Shown: in pieces, positions 1 to 11,083 of the stretch
Layout of the letters: each line of letters begins with the position of its first letter
How positions within the stretch are numbered: the stretch's first letter is position 1
DNA from: Psammoneis japonica
Taxonomy: Eukaryota
NCBI GenBank assembly: GCA_008632985.1
Contig: QPGO01000085.1
Location: 310,001-351,893 of the forward strand
Reading direction: 5' to 3'
DNA: 41,893 bases
Position numbers and translations under genes: made by a program
The notes under the pieces: model-generated
What the model was told of the DNA's origin: nothing
Seen by the model: only the letters and a program-made list of their open reading frames with translations
Database searches by the model: none

Positions 1-224
1 TATTATAAAGCTGTCCCGAGCTATTACAGAACATTTCCGCAAAATCAAAAAGACTTCTTTTTCGTTGTAATCGGAGTAGACCCAAGGAAATCAATCCCCC
101 CAAAATAGGGCCCACATAAATCTCTAGAATTCGTCTACATCAAGAACCCCCATGCGCTCTCATGCTGATTCATTCCTTCTTCTCTAATTCCACACACACA
201 CATCCATACAACAACTTCAGAAAT

Positions 225-875
225 CTACTCTTCATCGTCATCATCTTCGTCATACAAGTTGGCATCGTAAACTTCCTTGAAAAAGGTGGCCGTCTTTTCC
301 GCAACAGCCTTGACAATGGCAGAACGGTGCGAGGTAACACCCTTGCTGGCAAGCCAATGCCAAAAACGTTCCATGTGTTCAAAGCTTTCCACCTTGTGTT
401 CGTCCGTATCGGGGCCCTTGAGCATGAGGAACTGCGTAACAAGAATAATAATAATGTTGCGAGAGTAATATGAATGGGGACGTATGAGTATAAGCAAGCA
501 CAACAACAGTATAATACACAATACATAAGTTATATGTATTATACACGCACCTTTCCAAAAAGCTGAAAGGTATTGGTAACCACCTCATCGCCAGTACCTT
601 CGGCAAGCTTGGCCTTGGTGGCTGGACCAATCCCAGGCACTTCGGCCAGATCGCCCGTGACGGAGCATACCCGCCATAGTTCCATTGTGTCATCCGAGAC
701 TTTGGATTTGCGTGGATCGTAAGGCTGAGAGACAAGCAGAAGAGCAATGCGGGAGTGAGCGACAGAGCGTTGTGTGTGTGTGTTGTGACGGCGTTTGTTT
801 GTATTCACGCACACACTCAAAACAATAACATCAACGATAACCATAGCGACAAATACAGAGCATCATACGTACCAT
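225..875 (-). CDS. BAF-like (barrier-to-autointegration factor-like) HhH DNA-binding protein, ~127 aa, 3 exons (875-873, 724-551, 431-225)
   Basis: ATG at 875-873 is followed directly by a GTACGT intron ending tctctcAG (725). Exon 2 reads PYDPRKSK...EVPGIGPATKAKLAEG...NTFQLFGK; a GTGCGT...cgcAG intron spans 550-432; exon 3 reads FLMLKGPD...FWHWLASKG...DEDDDDEE*. The GIG HhH motif, QLFGKFLMLK and F..WL parallel BAF (GIGEVLGKKL...VVLGQFLVLK...FREWL). Confidence 0.7.
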
Positions 876-1255
876 GATGAAAGCGTTCAGTGACTGATAG
901 AGCAACAACAACAACGACGACAGACGACGTTGGTTCGTGGGTTGTGACAGCGTCGTCGATCGCGCTGGAGAAATCCGACCGCGCCGAAAGTTTCACGCAG
1001 GCTCTGGTAGAAAAATGACGTACAGGATCTGTACGAGGTTTTGAAGAAATCAGAAGCTCGTGGAAGATTTCAGTCGTGAACCGAATGAACGGTTTTGGGA
1101 ACTCGTGACTGAGAAAAGATACCGCTGGCGGCAGACAGACCAGCGGTGTCCGTTGAATTTCATTTTTTCAGGCATTTTGTTGTGAGGGGGGCGTTGTTGA
1201 CGTTTTCGCTGTTGTTGTAACTCTCCTGCTTATATCTACTCGACTGTGCTCCACC

Positions 1256-1861
1256 ATGATGACTTTATTACGACCCCTTTTATTCTTCGTGGCAACTGCA
1301 GTCGCCGTTTCATCTGCTGCAACCATGCAGGACGACACTCCCGAAGGCCGCTTGTTGGCCACGTGCATGTCATATAACGACGGTGACGACGACATTGAAA
1401 CCATTTGGGCCGCGTTAAAGGACGGTGCCGACATCAACATCAAGGACGATGCCAGTGGCCAAACACCGCTCATGGCGTCCGTGTTGCGAGGCAAGACGGC
1501 CCTCGTCAAGTATCTCTTGGCCAAGGGTGCCGACGCGAGTATTGCCGAAAAGGACGGATACACGCCACCACACGGTGCTGGATTTCAAGGACGTAAAGAC
1601 ATTTTTGAGATTTTAGTAGAACAATTTGGCGTTGATATAGTCACGCAAGTCCACAACGATGGCTTTACTCCCTTTCATCGTGCCTGTTGGGGACGAGAAG
1701 CGCGACATGCGGAAACGGTCGAGTATCTGTTACAGCTGGGTGTCGATATGGATTTGCCTGGAGGAACAAACGAACCGAAAAACACGTGCATGGAAATGAC
1801 CAACAATCCCGAAACAAAGCGTATTCTAGAAAAGCATGCAGCTATCAAGCAGGAATTGTAA
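1256..1861 (+). CDS. Secreted ankyrin-repeat protein (201 aa)
   Basis: Hydrophobic signal peptide (LLFFVATAVAVSSA). Ankyrin motifs GADINIKD..GQTPLMAS..GKTALVKYLLAKGAD, GYTPPHGA and GFTPFHRAC...VEYLLQLGVD. Transcribed divergently from the BAF-like gene. Confidence 0.9.
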   Translation: MMTLLRPLLFFVATAVAVSSAATMQDDTPEGRLLATCMSYNDGDDDIETIWAALKDGADINIKDDASGQTPLMASVLRGKTALVKYLLAKGADASIAEKDGYTPPHGAGFQGRKDIFEILVEQFGVDIVTQVHNDGFTPFHRACWGREARHAETVEYLLQLGVDMDLPGGTNEPKNTCMEMTNNPETKRILEKHAAIKQEL

Positions 1862-2533
1862 GCGAGTAATGGGGATGGGAAGTCATTGGAAAAAAGAAGG
1901 AGTATCCACCGCCACGATTTCATACAGTACACCGATAGCGCAAGGAAATGTTTTAAAAAGACATGGTTGTCTAAGACTACGTCACTCTCATTTTGTGTCT
2001 GGTTGTTTCTGCTAATGGTTCGGTGTGCTACTGGCGAAAGCTTGTTCGTGATGATGAATCAGTCACGCTCTGTACGAGTCGTCGTATATCGCTTCACCGT
2101 CCGCTTGCTTTGAGATGATCAGGAGACAGGTTGTATAGGACACGCAACGACATGCTGAACAAGAAGCAAAGCACATAAGCAGCAGACATTGTTTGGGCAT
2201 GAAAGGGATGTGAGTCGTCATATTATACCGGTACGCTCGCTGTGTGAGCGTTATGATATTATGTTCTCCACTTTCTTTTTTCTAACGGTGTCTTCTTGTC
2301 CATAGCCTAGAGTCAAGACGAGGAAAATATATCGTGAATCAGAATCGGTGAGAAAAGAAGAGTTGTGGTGAGCCGTGCTCGAGAATGGTGCATTCCGTTG
2401 CAAAGAGAGAGATATCAAGCCTTCAAGAACGCAAGAGAAACTCTAGTCAATTATTGCTTCTACAATGTGCTACAAACCATGTTGGACCATACTTGGAAAG
2501 CCATTCTCTACTAGCACCGGAAGGAAAGATTCT

Positions 2534-3319
2534 TCAAACGCGGTTCAAAATATCAATGCTCTCCGTAGCGCACTCTCGGATTCCACAGTGGTTAGGAAAG
2601 TTATCCTTGGCAAGGGCAAGCGTTGACAAGGCCATGGAAGACTTGGCGTGAAAGAGGATTCTTTGTTTCTTGCTCAAGAGCAAGTGGTGAAGCAACAAGC
2701 ATGCAGCGTAAATCACTTCACTTTCATCAATGTAACTCTCCATGGTGACAAGGACGAGTGGAATGGTTCCCTCGTCATATAGCTTGAGGCAAAACTTGAC
2801 GTTACCACGCGCAACGAGTCCCAAAATGCTGCAAGCACGCTCGGCGATTCGAGCATCATAGAAGATCATAGCGTCCACAAGTGTCTCTACTGCCCTTGGT
2901 GTCGCTGAAAGCATGTCCCTGACCTGATAACAACGAGACGACAATCGAAGGAGCAACAGTAGTGTATCCTCAATAAAGGAAGAGCGCGAGTCATTGCCGA
3001 CCGACTTTTCAATGTTCTTGAGCAAAATGACACCGTTTGCCGTTGCGTCGGCAAGTTGCCTCAAGCGGGACGACGCATTGGAGTAGCTCTGGTCCGATAT
3101 CAAGAGCACAAGCGCTTCCGTAATCGTGGCGACGGTTTCAAAATCATCGCTCCACAAACCCTTCCACGCGACCTCCGCAATCGAAACGTCGGGTGCTTCG
3201 ACGCGGTTATTGTCGCGGCCACCTTGTGTTTTCGCCTTGCGCTTTCGCTTGTTGTCACTCCCCGTGTCGTTTCTTGAGACAGTGACAACAGTAGGGATGC
3301 GATTGGCATAGGATGACAT
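2534..3319 (-). CDS. Helical/ARM-like repeat protein, tandem paralog A (~261 aa; ATG at 3319 rather than the TTG in the ORF track)
   Basis: Intact ORF aligning along its length with 4042-4815 (LWSDDFET, TANGVILLKNIEKS, VETLVDAM, GTIPL, ALSTLALAKDNFPN, IDILNR). Leu/Ala-rich helical pattern with ACSILG and GTIPLVL is reminiscent of ARM repeats. Confidence 0.7.
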   Translation of the reverse strand: MSSYANRIPTVVTVSRNDTGSDNKRKRKAKTQGGRDNNRVEAPDVSIAEVAWKGLWSDDFETVATITEALVLLISDQSYSNASSRLRQLADATANGVILLKNIEKSVGNDSRSSFIEDTLLLLLRLSSRCYQVRDMLSATPRAVETLVDAMIFYDARIAERACSILGLVARGNVKFCLKLYDEGTIPLVLVTMESYIDESEVIYAACLLLHHLLLSKKQRILFHAKSSMALSTLALAKDNFPNHCGIRECATESIDILNRV

Positions 3320-3405
3320 GGTGTGCTTCAAATCAAAATGTCGGTCTTATGTTCCGTTGTTGTTGTGGTGGGTTGTGGTGGATTTCACGATTGTGTGTCG
3401 CTTGC

Positions 3406-3462
3406 TCGTGGCGCGGTTTTCCAACTGTTTGTCGCGATTTCACGCGCGGGTTTGGCGCGCCA
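3406..3462 (-). promoter_or_regulatory. Upstream block conserved between the tandem paralogs; contains an E2F-consensus TTTGGCGC (3451-3458)
   Basis: cgtggcgcggttttccaactgttt...tttggcgcgc resembles cgtggcgggaatttccatctgtttcgcgcgtggcgcgc upstream of paralog B. TTTSSCGC is the E2F consensus. Confidence 0.35.
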
Positions 3463-4041
3463 ACATTCTGGATTCGATTCATGGTCTGTCGAGTTGATCC
3501 AAGCTTGTTCTAGCTAGTTCCTAAGAAGTACTTCTTGTATCAACGACCAGCATGTTACAAGCTCATAATGGTGAAAAGTCTAAGAAAGAGTTCGACAAGA
3601 AGCATGAAGGAACGTTAGAACTAGAAGCTGGTTGACACGAAGCCGGCCTTGAAGAAAAGCATGCGAAAGCTAAGTCGCTCCGCGACACTCTCCCAAAAAT
3701 TTAAAGTCACCATGTACACGGAAATGTCAAATAATCCAGAAACTAAACGAGCTTGTCACAACGAAATGGATCCGTGGAAAGACTACGAATTGAATCCATC
3801 GAATGAGAATTTCGATCCGCACTCAGGGTGGCGGACAATTCCGTCACAAGGGGTGGTTTTCTACTTCACTAGTGACAAGTCTTACAAACTAATGGGAAAG
3901 TTAGTTTAGGAGTATCGCTCGCTACAAGAGTGATACAAACAAGTCCCGACCTCACACGAGCGCACCGTATTCAACAGCACCCTTCTTGGACTGGCGACTC
4001 TTGAACGGTGCTTTGAGTGCGCACTTCTCTGTTGACCTGCT

Positions 4042-4815
4042 TCAAAGGCGATTCAAAATGTCAATGCACGCGGTGGTGTACATTTGGATTTTGTAGTTGT
4101 TCGGAAAGTTTTCCTTGACGAGGGCAAGTGCCGACAAGGCCTGACAAGACTTTCCTTCCTGAAGAATCATTGCATCGTGGCTCAAGAAGAGCTTGCGAAG
4201 CAAGAAGCAACAAGAGGTCATCAAAAGCTCGTAATCACCAAACCCATCCATTGCATCAAGGGCCAATGGAATCGTTCCCGCCTGATGCATCTGAAGGCAA
4301 AAATCGCGGTTGCCTTCAGCAACAATTCCCAAAACGCTACAAACACCAAGGGCGGCCAGGTCATTGTCAAAATTGATCATGGCTTGAACAAGTGTTTCAA
4401 CGAGCCTTCGCATCGTCGCAAGACATGGCCTGGTGTGAGGAAGAAAATGAGCCAAACGAAAAAGTAACACCAGACTGTCATCCACAAAGTCTTTCCGCGC
4501 GTCATGGTCGAGTGACTTTTCAACATTCTTGAGCAAAATGGCACCATTTGCCGTTTCCTCCGCAAGACGATTCAAGATGGATAACGTGGTGGGATGCGCG
4601 TCGTCGTCCGTCAAGAGCACAAGCATGTTTGTTGCCTTGGCAGCTGTTTCAAAGTCATCACTCCACACGTCCTCCCCAGCGAGCTCCTCAATCGAGCGCC
4701 CGCAGTTCGGTGCGGCGACGTTGGTGCCACCCTGCGTTTCGGCCGCATTGCGCTCGTCGTCGTCATTGGAAGGGACAATGACGATGCCGTTGATGCGAGC
4801 GGTGGAAGAGGACAT
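4042..4815 (-). CDS. Helical/ARM-like repeat protein, tandem paralog B (~257 aa; ATG at 4815)
   Basis: Intact ORF, clear paralog of 2534-3319 (VWSDDFET, TANGAILLKNVEKS, GTIPLAL, ALSALALVKENFPN, IDILNRL). Confidence 0.7.
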   Translation of the reverse strand: MSSSTARINGIVIVPSNDDDERNAAETQGGTNVAAPNCGRSIEELAGEDVWSDDFETAAKATNMLVLLTDDDAHPTTLSILNRLAEETANGAILLKNVEKSLDHDARKDFVDDSLVLLFRLAHFLPHTRPCLATMRRLVETLVQAMINFDNDLAALGVCSVLGIVAEGNRDFCLQMHQAGTIPLALDAMDGFGDYELLMTSCCFLLRKLFLSHDAMILQEGKSCQALSALALVKENFPNNYKIQMYTTACIDILNRL

Positions 4816-4885
4816 GGGGGTTCTATGGTGCTTGTGTACGTTTGAGCTGGCGCTTTGCTGCAAGGATTGTGATGGCTTTCGTGTC

Positions 4886-4925
4886 CGTGGCGGGAATTTC
4901 CATCTGTTTCGCGCGTGGCGCGCGA
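4886..4925 (-). promoter_or_regulatory. Upstream block conserved with paralog A; E2F-consensus TTTCGCGC (4907-4914) and GGCGGGAA
   Basis: Sequence similarity to 3406-3462 at a comparable distance from the ATG. Confidence 0.35.
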
Positions 4926-5755
4926 GATCCTTCGGGAGGAAGAATCATCCCGAGAGCTTTGATGATTTGCCACATCCGCGGCCGCCAACAGACAAATCTT
5001 AGAAGTAGTGTGGATTGGGCATGCCGCAGAAGAGGCCCGAGAAAGTCTAACGAGAAAATTGAAGGAAACGGGAGAAGTCTCGAATTGTGCTTTTGGCATG
5101 AACGCCCGTCACTCTACAAGTAACGAGACATAGATTCAGATGCTGTGCAAGGAAAGCAGTTCTAGATGGCGAGTTGCTACCTCCAATCCTGTAGGAGTCT
5201 CTACCGTAGAACGCGGAGTCGTGTCTTTGAAACATTATCATGGTTTTTGGTGTCGGCACACACCCATTGGTCTGTTGAAATCGTTTGTTCTTCAACCGCG
5301 GTCCAAAACGTCGAGGCAGACACAAACCTCAACATCTGTTTGGTGATTCCTGTGTTTTCAGCCTGCATGTACCTCTTATTACAGGAGGCACCGGTCATTC
5401 AAAGTAAAAGGCCAAACATGGGCCCATAATATGACTGTCAAGCATTGTCCGCGAGCCCTCCCATCTCAGGGAAATGGACCCTCCCCGGCCACTTCTTAAG
5501 TGGAAGAAGCTCCTCCACAGGTCAAAGCAATGATGAATCTTGTTTTCGTTCCGCATTTTCCAGTGATTCCCGAAGCTGTATTACTCTCCTCTGGTTCCGC
5601 AGGGCAAGCAACAGTGCCCAATCCCTGGAAGACGTTCGAGGAAGGGGGAGGTAGCTAGTTCCGACCATCATGGCTCGCTGCTCCGATCACGGTGATCGTG
5701 TAGGCCTCAACTTGCTATCGAAAACAATGGCACAACGTGGCCACTCACGTTCCTC

Positions 5756-7120
5756 TCAGGATCGCAAAGGCGTCATGCAACCCAATGATGCTTCCAAGAA
5801 GTCACAATAATCCGACCAGCTTTTCTTTCCCTTTGCAACATCATCAAGATAAACCAAAGAGTCGTCGCAAAGATTTTGCCAATGTCGAAGCACTCCCTTT
5901 TCTCCTGAGCGCACCAAGATTGCGTTCCGCTGGTTTGTACCTATAGGAACATGTTCAAGGAGCTCTAAGTCTTGCTCGAGGGACGTTTGGTAGCGTCCAA
6001 CAGCAACGTTTATGGAGTGCTGTAGTTGCCTCATTGCATCTCGTTCTGTCTGTAATGAAACCGGTACCTTGCAGGAGGATGGTAGTGCTTCTCCGACTTG
6101 GACGTGGTTCATTCGAACAGCAGAAAGCAAAGCTTTGGCTCTCTTTTTATTGCCAATCGAAATTGAAAATATTTCCGAGTTCATACCCAACTTTGATAGT
6201 ATCTCAACACACGCCATGTCCGGGCATGCTCCATCAGGCCCACGATTTGATTCCATCGCAAATCCATAATGGGATAGGTAGTGAGAATTCGGATGAAGAC
6301 CATAAGACTGACACGCTTCTGATCCCGTAGTTAGACCGCCATCCGCGACTCGCACTACAAAGGCTCCCAAGTCTCGTTCAACTCTCCAGTTGCATGTCGT
6401 TGGATCCAATCTAGACTTGTGATTCAGCATGTCTGCCAATGGAACTAGCGCAGTGGGTCGCTCTACTTTTTGCTCCTCCTTGTCTTCAAAATACACTTCA
6501 CGTAGACGAAAACACCGACTGTCAACCAACGAGTTTGCCCAGAGAAAAGTATTCAATGACGTTTGCTCTCCAAAGAAGGGTGCCCTCTCGACAATTTCTT
6601 CATACATGGATTCCCATTGATTTCGCTTCACCAGAATATCCAATTGGAGATGCGATCCTTCCAATTCTGACAAGTCTTGTTCTGTCCAAAACAGAGGAAG
6701 ATTCCCCATCTCAACCAAACTCGGCAACGTGTCTAGGTAAAAAATGGCATTTGCATCCGTAAGATTCGATTGCGTCCTCTCATGCATAACATGGCATAGC
6801 CAGAACGCGAGAAAGGTTGAATCATCACAGATTGCAGCCATGTCTGCGTCGGCCAAGATGGATTTGCCCACGGGGGTGTCGCGTCCTCGCTCGGGAGTAA
6901 TGACATGTTCGAGAGGGACGGATAAGAGTATCTCGTCTTGTACCAAACCCTTTCCAGTAACACGGACACCACGTTCCGTCGGGGAAATGTCGACAACGGA
7001 CGCCGAGGGGTGCAAGAAACAATGAGTGATGGAGAGCGGTGTTGCTGAGAAGGAGAGAGCCTTCCAGAGAGTCGTAATTGCAACAATACCCCAAAGGTGG
7101 CAGTTGAAAGTTAACTTCAT
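5756..7120 (-). CDS. SET-domain protein lysine methyltransferase (Rubisco-LSMT/SETD3-like), probably plastid-targeted, 454 aa
   Basis: ERGVRV...EILLSVP, YLDTLP..LPLFW..DL.ELEGS, FLWA..LVDSR, ALVPLADMLNH, QSYG..N..LSHYGF, and a C-terminal YQTSLEQD...R.GEK.VL LSMT-type substrate-binding domain. N-terminal signal peptide ends ALS-F (ASAF-like). Confidence 0.88.
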   Translation of the reverse strand: MKLTFNCHLWGIVAITTLWKALSFSATPLSITHCFLHPSASVVDISPTERGVRVTGKGLVQDEILLSVPLEHVITPERGRDTPVGKSILADADMAAICDDSTFLAFWLCHVMHERTQSNLTDANAIFYLDTLPSLVEMGNLPLFWTEQDLSELEGSHLQLDILVKRNQWESMYEEIVERAPFFGEQTSLNTFLWANSLVDSRCFRLREVYFEDKEEQKVERPTALVPLADMLNHKSRLDPTTCNWRVERDLGAFVVRVADGGLTTGSEACQSYGLHPNSHYLSHYGFAMESNRGPDGACPDMACVEILSKLGMNSEIFSISIGNKKRAKALLSAVRMNHVQVGEALPSSCKVPVSLQTERDAMRQLQHSINVAVGRYQTSLEQDLELLEHVPIGTNQRNAILVRSGEKGVLRHWQNLCDDSLVYLDDVAKGKKSWSDYCDFLEASLGCMTPLRS

Positions 7121-8002
7121 ATCATTGATTACCCCCTCAAATCACATTGCATTACTGTACCTGATGCAGTATGATGCTTGGTGCTGAGTGCTGACCCAGC
7201 AACAATTCTGTCCTGTTATTTTTATATTCAAAGCACGTAGCCTTGGTTCAAAGATGTATTTCTTTCAATTGTAATTTTATATTAAATAAGTTTAAATTTT
7301 TTAAATACGAATCTTTGGCTTCTCGCGCCCATCAACAGTTTTGAGGCATGAATCTCCATCCGAAGCCATCCCTATTGATGTCCTCTGTGTGTGTTGAGTG
7401 TGGTACCAGGTATCGTGTAAAGAATGTGAACAAGAACAGGTGAAAGAACATGCAAACTAAAAGACGAACCGGGACGGCGACTGTCAAGGCTAGAACTCTA
7501 CTGTAGAATTCCGCACTGCGCGATAAAGCCTACGCCTGCCGGTAGAGTGAGCAACTTCATAGTGTGGGGTTGTGCTCTGGAAAGAGTTCTTGTGTGTACC
7601 GGTATGAAATGCAATCCCTTCAGATCAGCACTCATGCCTCGGAGAATAATCCTTGTGGTGGCATCACAAGATAGCTTCTTGCACTGTAAACAAAGAATCT
7701 TGCCTGATGTAGCAACCAACCACGGTTTCAGCACCTTTCCTCGTATCATCACTCATCACCGTTCCGCCCTTTTAATGTAACTATCCAACACGTCTATCCT
7801 TCATTTGCCCTGCTCGATACTGACGATGCCAAGACATTGGAAGCGTGCCAGCGTTTAGTGCTGGTCCAATAACTCATGACCGTTAAGCAAAAAATCCAGA
7901 TCCCCTTCTTACTCCGCACCACGCTGGCGGTGCTGAGGCTTCTTCTCCAACGCGCAGTTTGGATGAGGGGCCTCAACCGACGTCCCACAATCAGGAATGT
8001 CG

Positions 8003-11000
8003 CTAATCCAACAACACCTTGTGGCGGTCGCTGTCAACGTCTTCCACTCTCTGGCATGCCTTGAGACCAGAACCTTGCAAAGAATCAGTGTTCAAGGATT
8101 TCTTCAGAAAACCGTGCTTCTCCTCCATTTGCTTTGCCTTTCCCCTAGCATCCCATTCCAGGTAGAGGTCCCTCGCTCGCGTCAAATAGGTGGCGGCCCA
8201 CACGGAATCACCAATGCCCAAAAAATACATTCCTGCCCTCTCGTTTGCCAAGGCTTGGTGGTGTAGTATCCCCAGTTTTGCGGCCGTGGCAATAGCCTTA
8301 TCAAAAGACTCTTGGACTGCTTTAGGGTCTTTTTCGCTCAAGACCTTCATTTCGGCCTTGAGAAACAAAAGCATATGAACACAATTGACGGCACCGTTCT
8401 TTACCCATTTCTCCAATTGCCTCGTCCTACGCCTCGCTCTCCTTTTGTATTTCCTCTTCCTTGTCGATTGGGCCAGGCCTGTTGCAATCAACCCTTCGAA
8501 CAACACTTTGACGGGGAGAGGAGCACCAGGAAAGTCATCCAGCCTCGAAGCCATTTCTTCAGCCAGGGTCAGGTCATTATAATAATAACCAATCAGCATC
8601 TTTGAAAACCAGAGCCACTACAACGCTCTCTCGTTCTTGGTCTCAGTCCATTCCATGATGCATGGTTCTTGGTCCATGGCTTCGCCACTAAAGATGAGTG
8701 GATCGTCGCTCCTTCCCATTAGATTCAGAACCAGTTGCCGTAGAGGCTGAATGAGCGCAACGTGTGTTTTTAGGGAATAGTCGGTCAGCACCGCTACAAA
8801 CTTCTCCATGTCACTCTCGAGCGGGGCAAGACGAAGACCGCAGCATAGATAAACGACAGAGTAGGGAACGATGCGATACACGAGGTGATGCACGTCTCCG
8901 ATTTCCAAAGTCATTTCGTACGAACGAAAAATCGGGTCGAGACTCTCTTGGTACGGTCTTAACCAATGGTGGGACATAAAGTGAGCCAGCGCCATGGCAT
9001 GAGGCTTGTGCATATGCAAATCTTCCTCATCGGCAATGTGCAACGCCAATTTGCTGAAGCGAAAGGCTTCTTGAATGTCACCAGTCATCCCCAGGATCAA
9101 GCTGTACACAGCGAAGGAGACACAACTACTCTCGCTTTGTCCGTGCGATATCACAATCTGCATTCCAGACAGAATCAGAATCGCGAGGAAATTATCATCC
9201 CCAGCTAGCCAGGCCATTCCCCCCAAGTCCGAATGGAAGGGTAAAGCTGAAAGGATGGCTTCGTCCGTCAAAGCGGGAAGCGAGAGCAGTTCTTCGTCGC
9301 GCTTGCCTTTCAACATTTTTCTTTGTCCTGATCACATTCAGAATTACGTGAAATGTGCTGGACCGTCGAGGTAAATGAACGCCAAACTGGTCCATCACCG
9401 ACAGAGAAAGCGCAATGGCATCAAGCATTCTATCTTGCTGGATAAGACGCATAATAGATACATGGTAGGCACCGACCTTGTCCTCTAACCTGCGTGCATT
9501 TTTCAACACCGTTTCGGCGAGTGGACGGGACGCTTCCAGTTCCCCGCAGCACAGCTTCATCTCTGCTAGTGAAGTGTATAGCTTAAGCGCTAATTCATAG
9601 TTCTGAGTCCACGCATTCCCTTGATTTAATTGTTCAATCCCCGTCTCCAGAAACTCTGCAGCTGGGAAGAAGGCGGACTTGCGAATGGCAACCTCGGCGG
9701 CCTCGAGATTGAGACGAGCCAGCATCTCCTTTTCCCGAGGGTCCGCAACATGTTCCGACCCGAGATTCAATTGCCGCACTCCAAGCAACAATAACCGACT
9801 CTTGTTGACAAAATCATTGTTACTAGCAGTCGTACTCATTTCTTGCATCTGATGCCCAATGTTGTAATGTAGCATTGTTTTCTCACGCCCGCTTGGAAGG
9901 AGAGAAAGAACACTTTCTAGTACCCGATCGTGAGCAAACTTATACTTCCCGGGGGAGAGCTCCTCAAGGAGCCCATCCTCGGCAGCTTCCTCCAGTATTG
10001 AACTTAGCTCTTGAGTACTCTCCACAGTCCTGCCGTTGGCGTGCACTCGGTCGACCGTCGCTGCTTGTATAACCGAATAGAGAGTGTCCACATCAAATCG
10101 AGTCAGTCCAGAACATGCCCCAATTGTCAAGACAAGCGAGAACTCGAAGAAGTAGTCTGAATCTTCTCAACAATCATGTCAACGACGTTAACCGAAACAT
10201 TGGTCTGAGATTGGATTTTCTCCACATCCCATTCCCAACCGAAGGTGCTAAGGGAGTATCTAAGATACTTCTCTTGCTCCAGAAAGCGTAGATATTGGAT
10301 GACAAAGATGGCGTTGCCTCGTGTTTTGCGATGAACGACGGATCCAAGAGATTGAACCTGTTGACTCTCTTTCTTCAAAAGACTTGCAAGCAACTCCACG
10401 ACGCTTTCCAGGGTAAGACTGAGCAAGGTAATCTCTGTGATTTGTTGGGCATCGAATAACACATGGAGAGGATGGTCATTAGAAATTTCGCGGTGAGAGC
10501 CGATAAAGAGAAACCTTTGAGCGCTCGCGTCCGTGATGAGCGTCTGTACAAACTCCAATGAATCCGATCTCGCCCACTGCAAGTCATCCAGAAAGATGAC
10601 AACGGGCTGATTCTTACACACGAGACGGAGGAAATCGCGAGCTGCCAACTTGAGCCGATCAAAGTTTGTAGCTTCCCTCCTGGCTACGATGCCTTTTTCG
10701 TCATCATTAACTTCTTGCAGTTTCGGTACAATAGTTGCTAGGACCCTTGCTGTCGGTCCAGCTTCTTGACGAATTTTGTCCAGATCTTGAAGTTGATCCA
10801 CAATCTCATTCAAGGCCTGCACAACTCCCGAGAATGGCTCGGATACGTTTTCCTGCTCATCGAATTTTCCAACGCCAAACACGCAAGAGTTTCCAACCTG
10901 TTGTCGAAAGGCCTCTACAAGACGGGATTTGCCCGTTCCCGAAGTTCCATGGATGCGAGCTACTACCGGCCTTGATGAGCCTTCATCTGTAGCCACGCGA

Positions 11001-11083
11001 TACGCACTGTTTAGTTTGGCGAGTTCCGCGCCTCTTCCGCAAAGGGGGAGGTGAAAGTTGAGTTTCCTCACGTCGTTCTCCAT
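8003..11083 (-). pseudogene. STAND-class/AAA_16 ATPase with C-terminal TPR-like helices, disrupted by two frameshifts and one nonsense codon
   Basis: Walker A GTSGTGKS, GKFDE..EPFS, Walker B VIFLDDLQW, KTRGNAIF, YKFAHDRV, LARLNLEAAE.A...AF, ALANERAG. Lesions: 1-nt frameshift near 10138 (..SR/LVLTIGAC), extra A in an A-run near 9316-9320 (TKK/MLKGK), in-frame TAG at 8618-8620. None has intron-like GT..AG flanks. Confidence 0.75.

Noticed and set aside
7140..7990. Short ORFs between the SET and ATPase genes (likewise at 1886-2500, 3649-3909 and 5047-5654)
   Set aside because: No recognisable motifs or splice-supported models.
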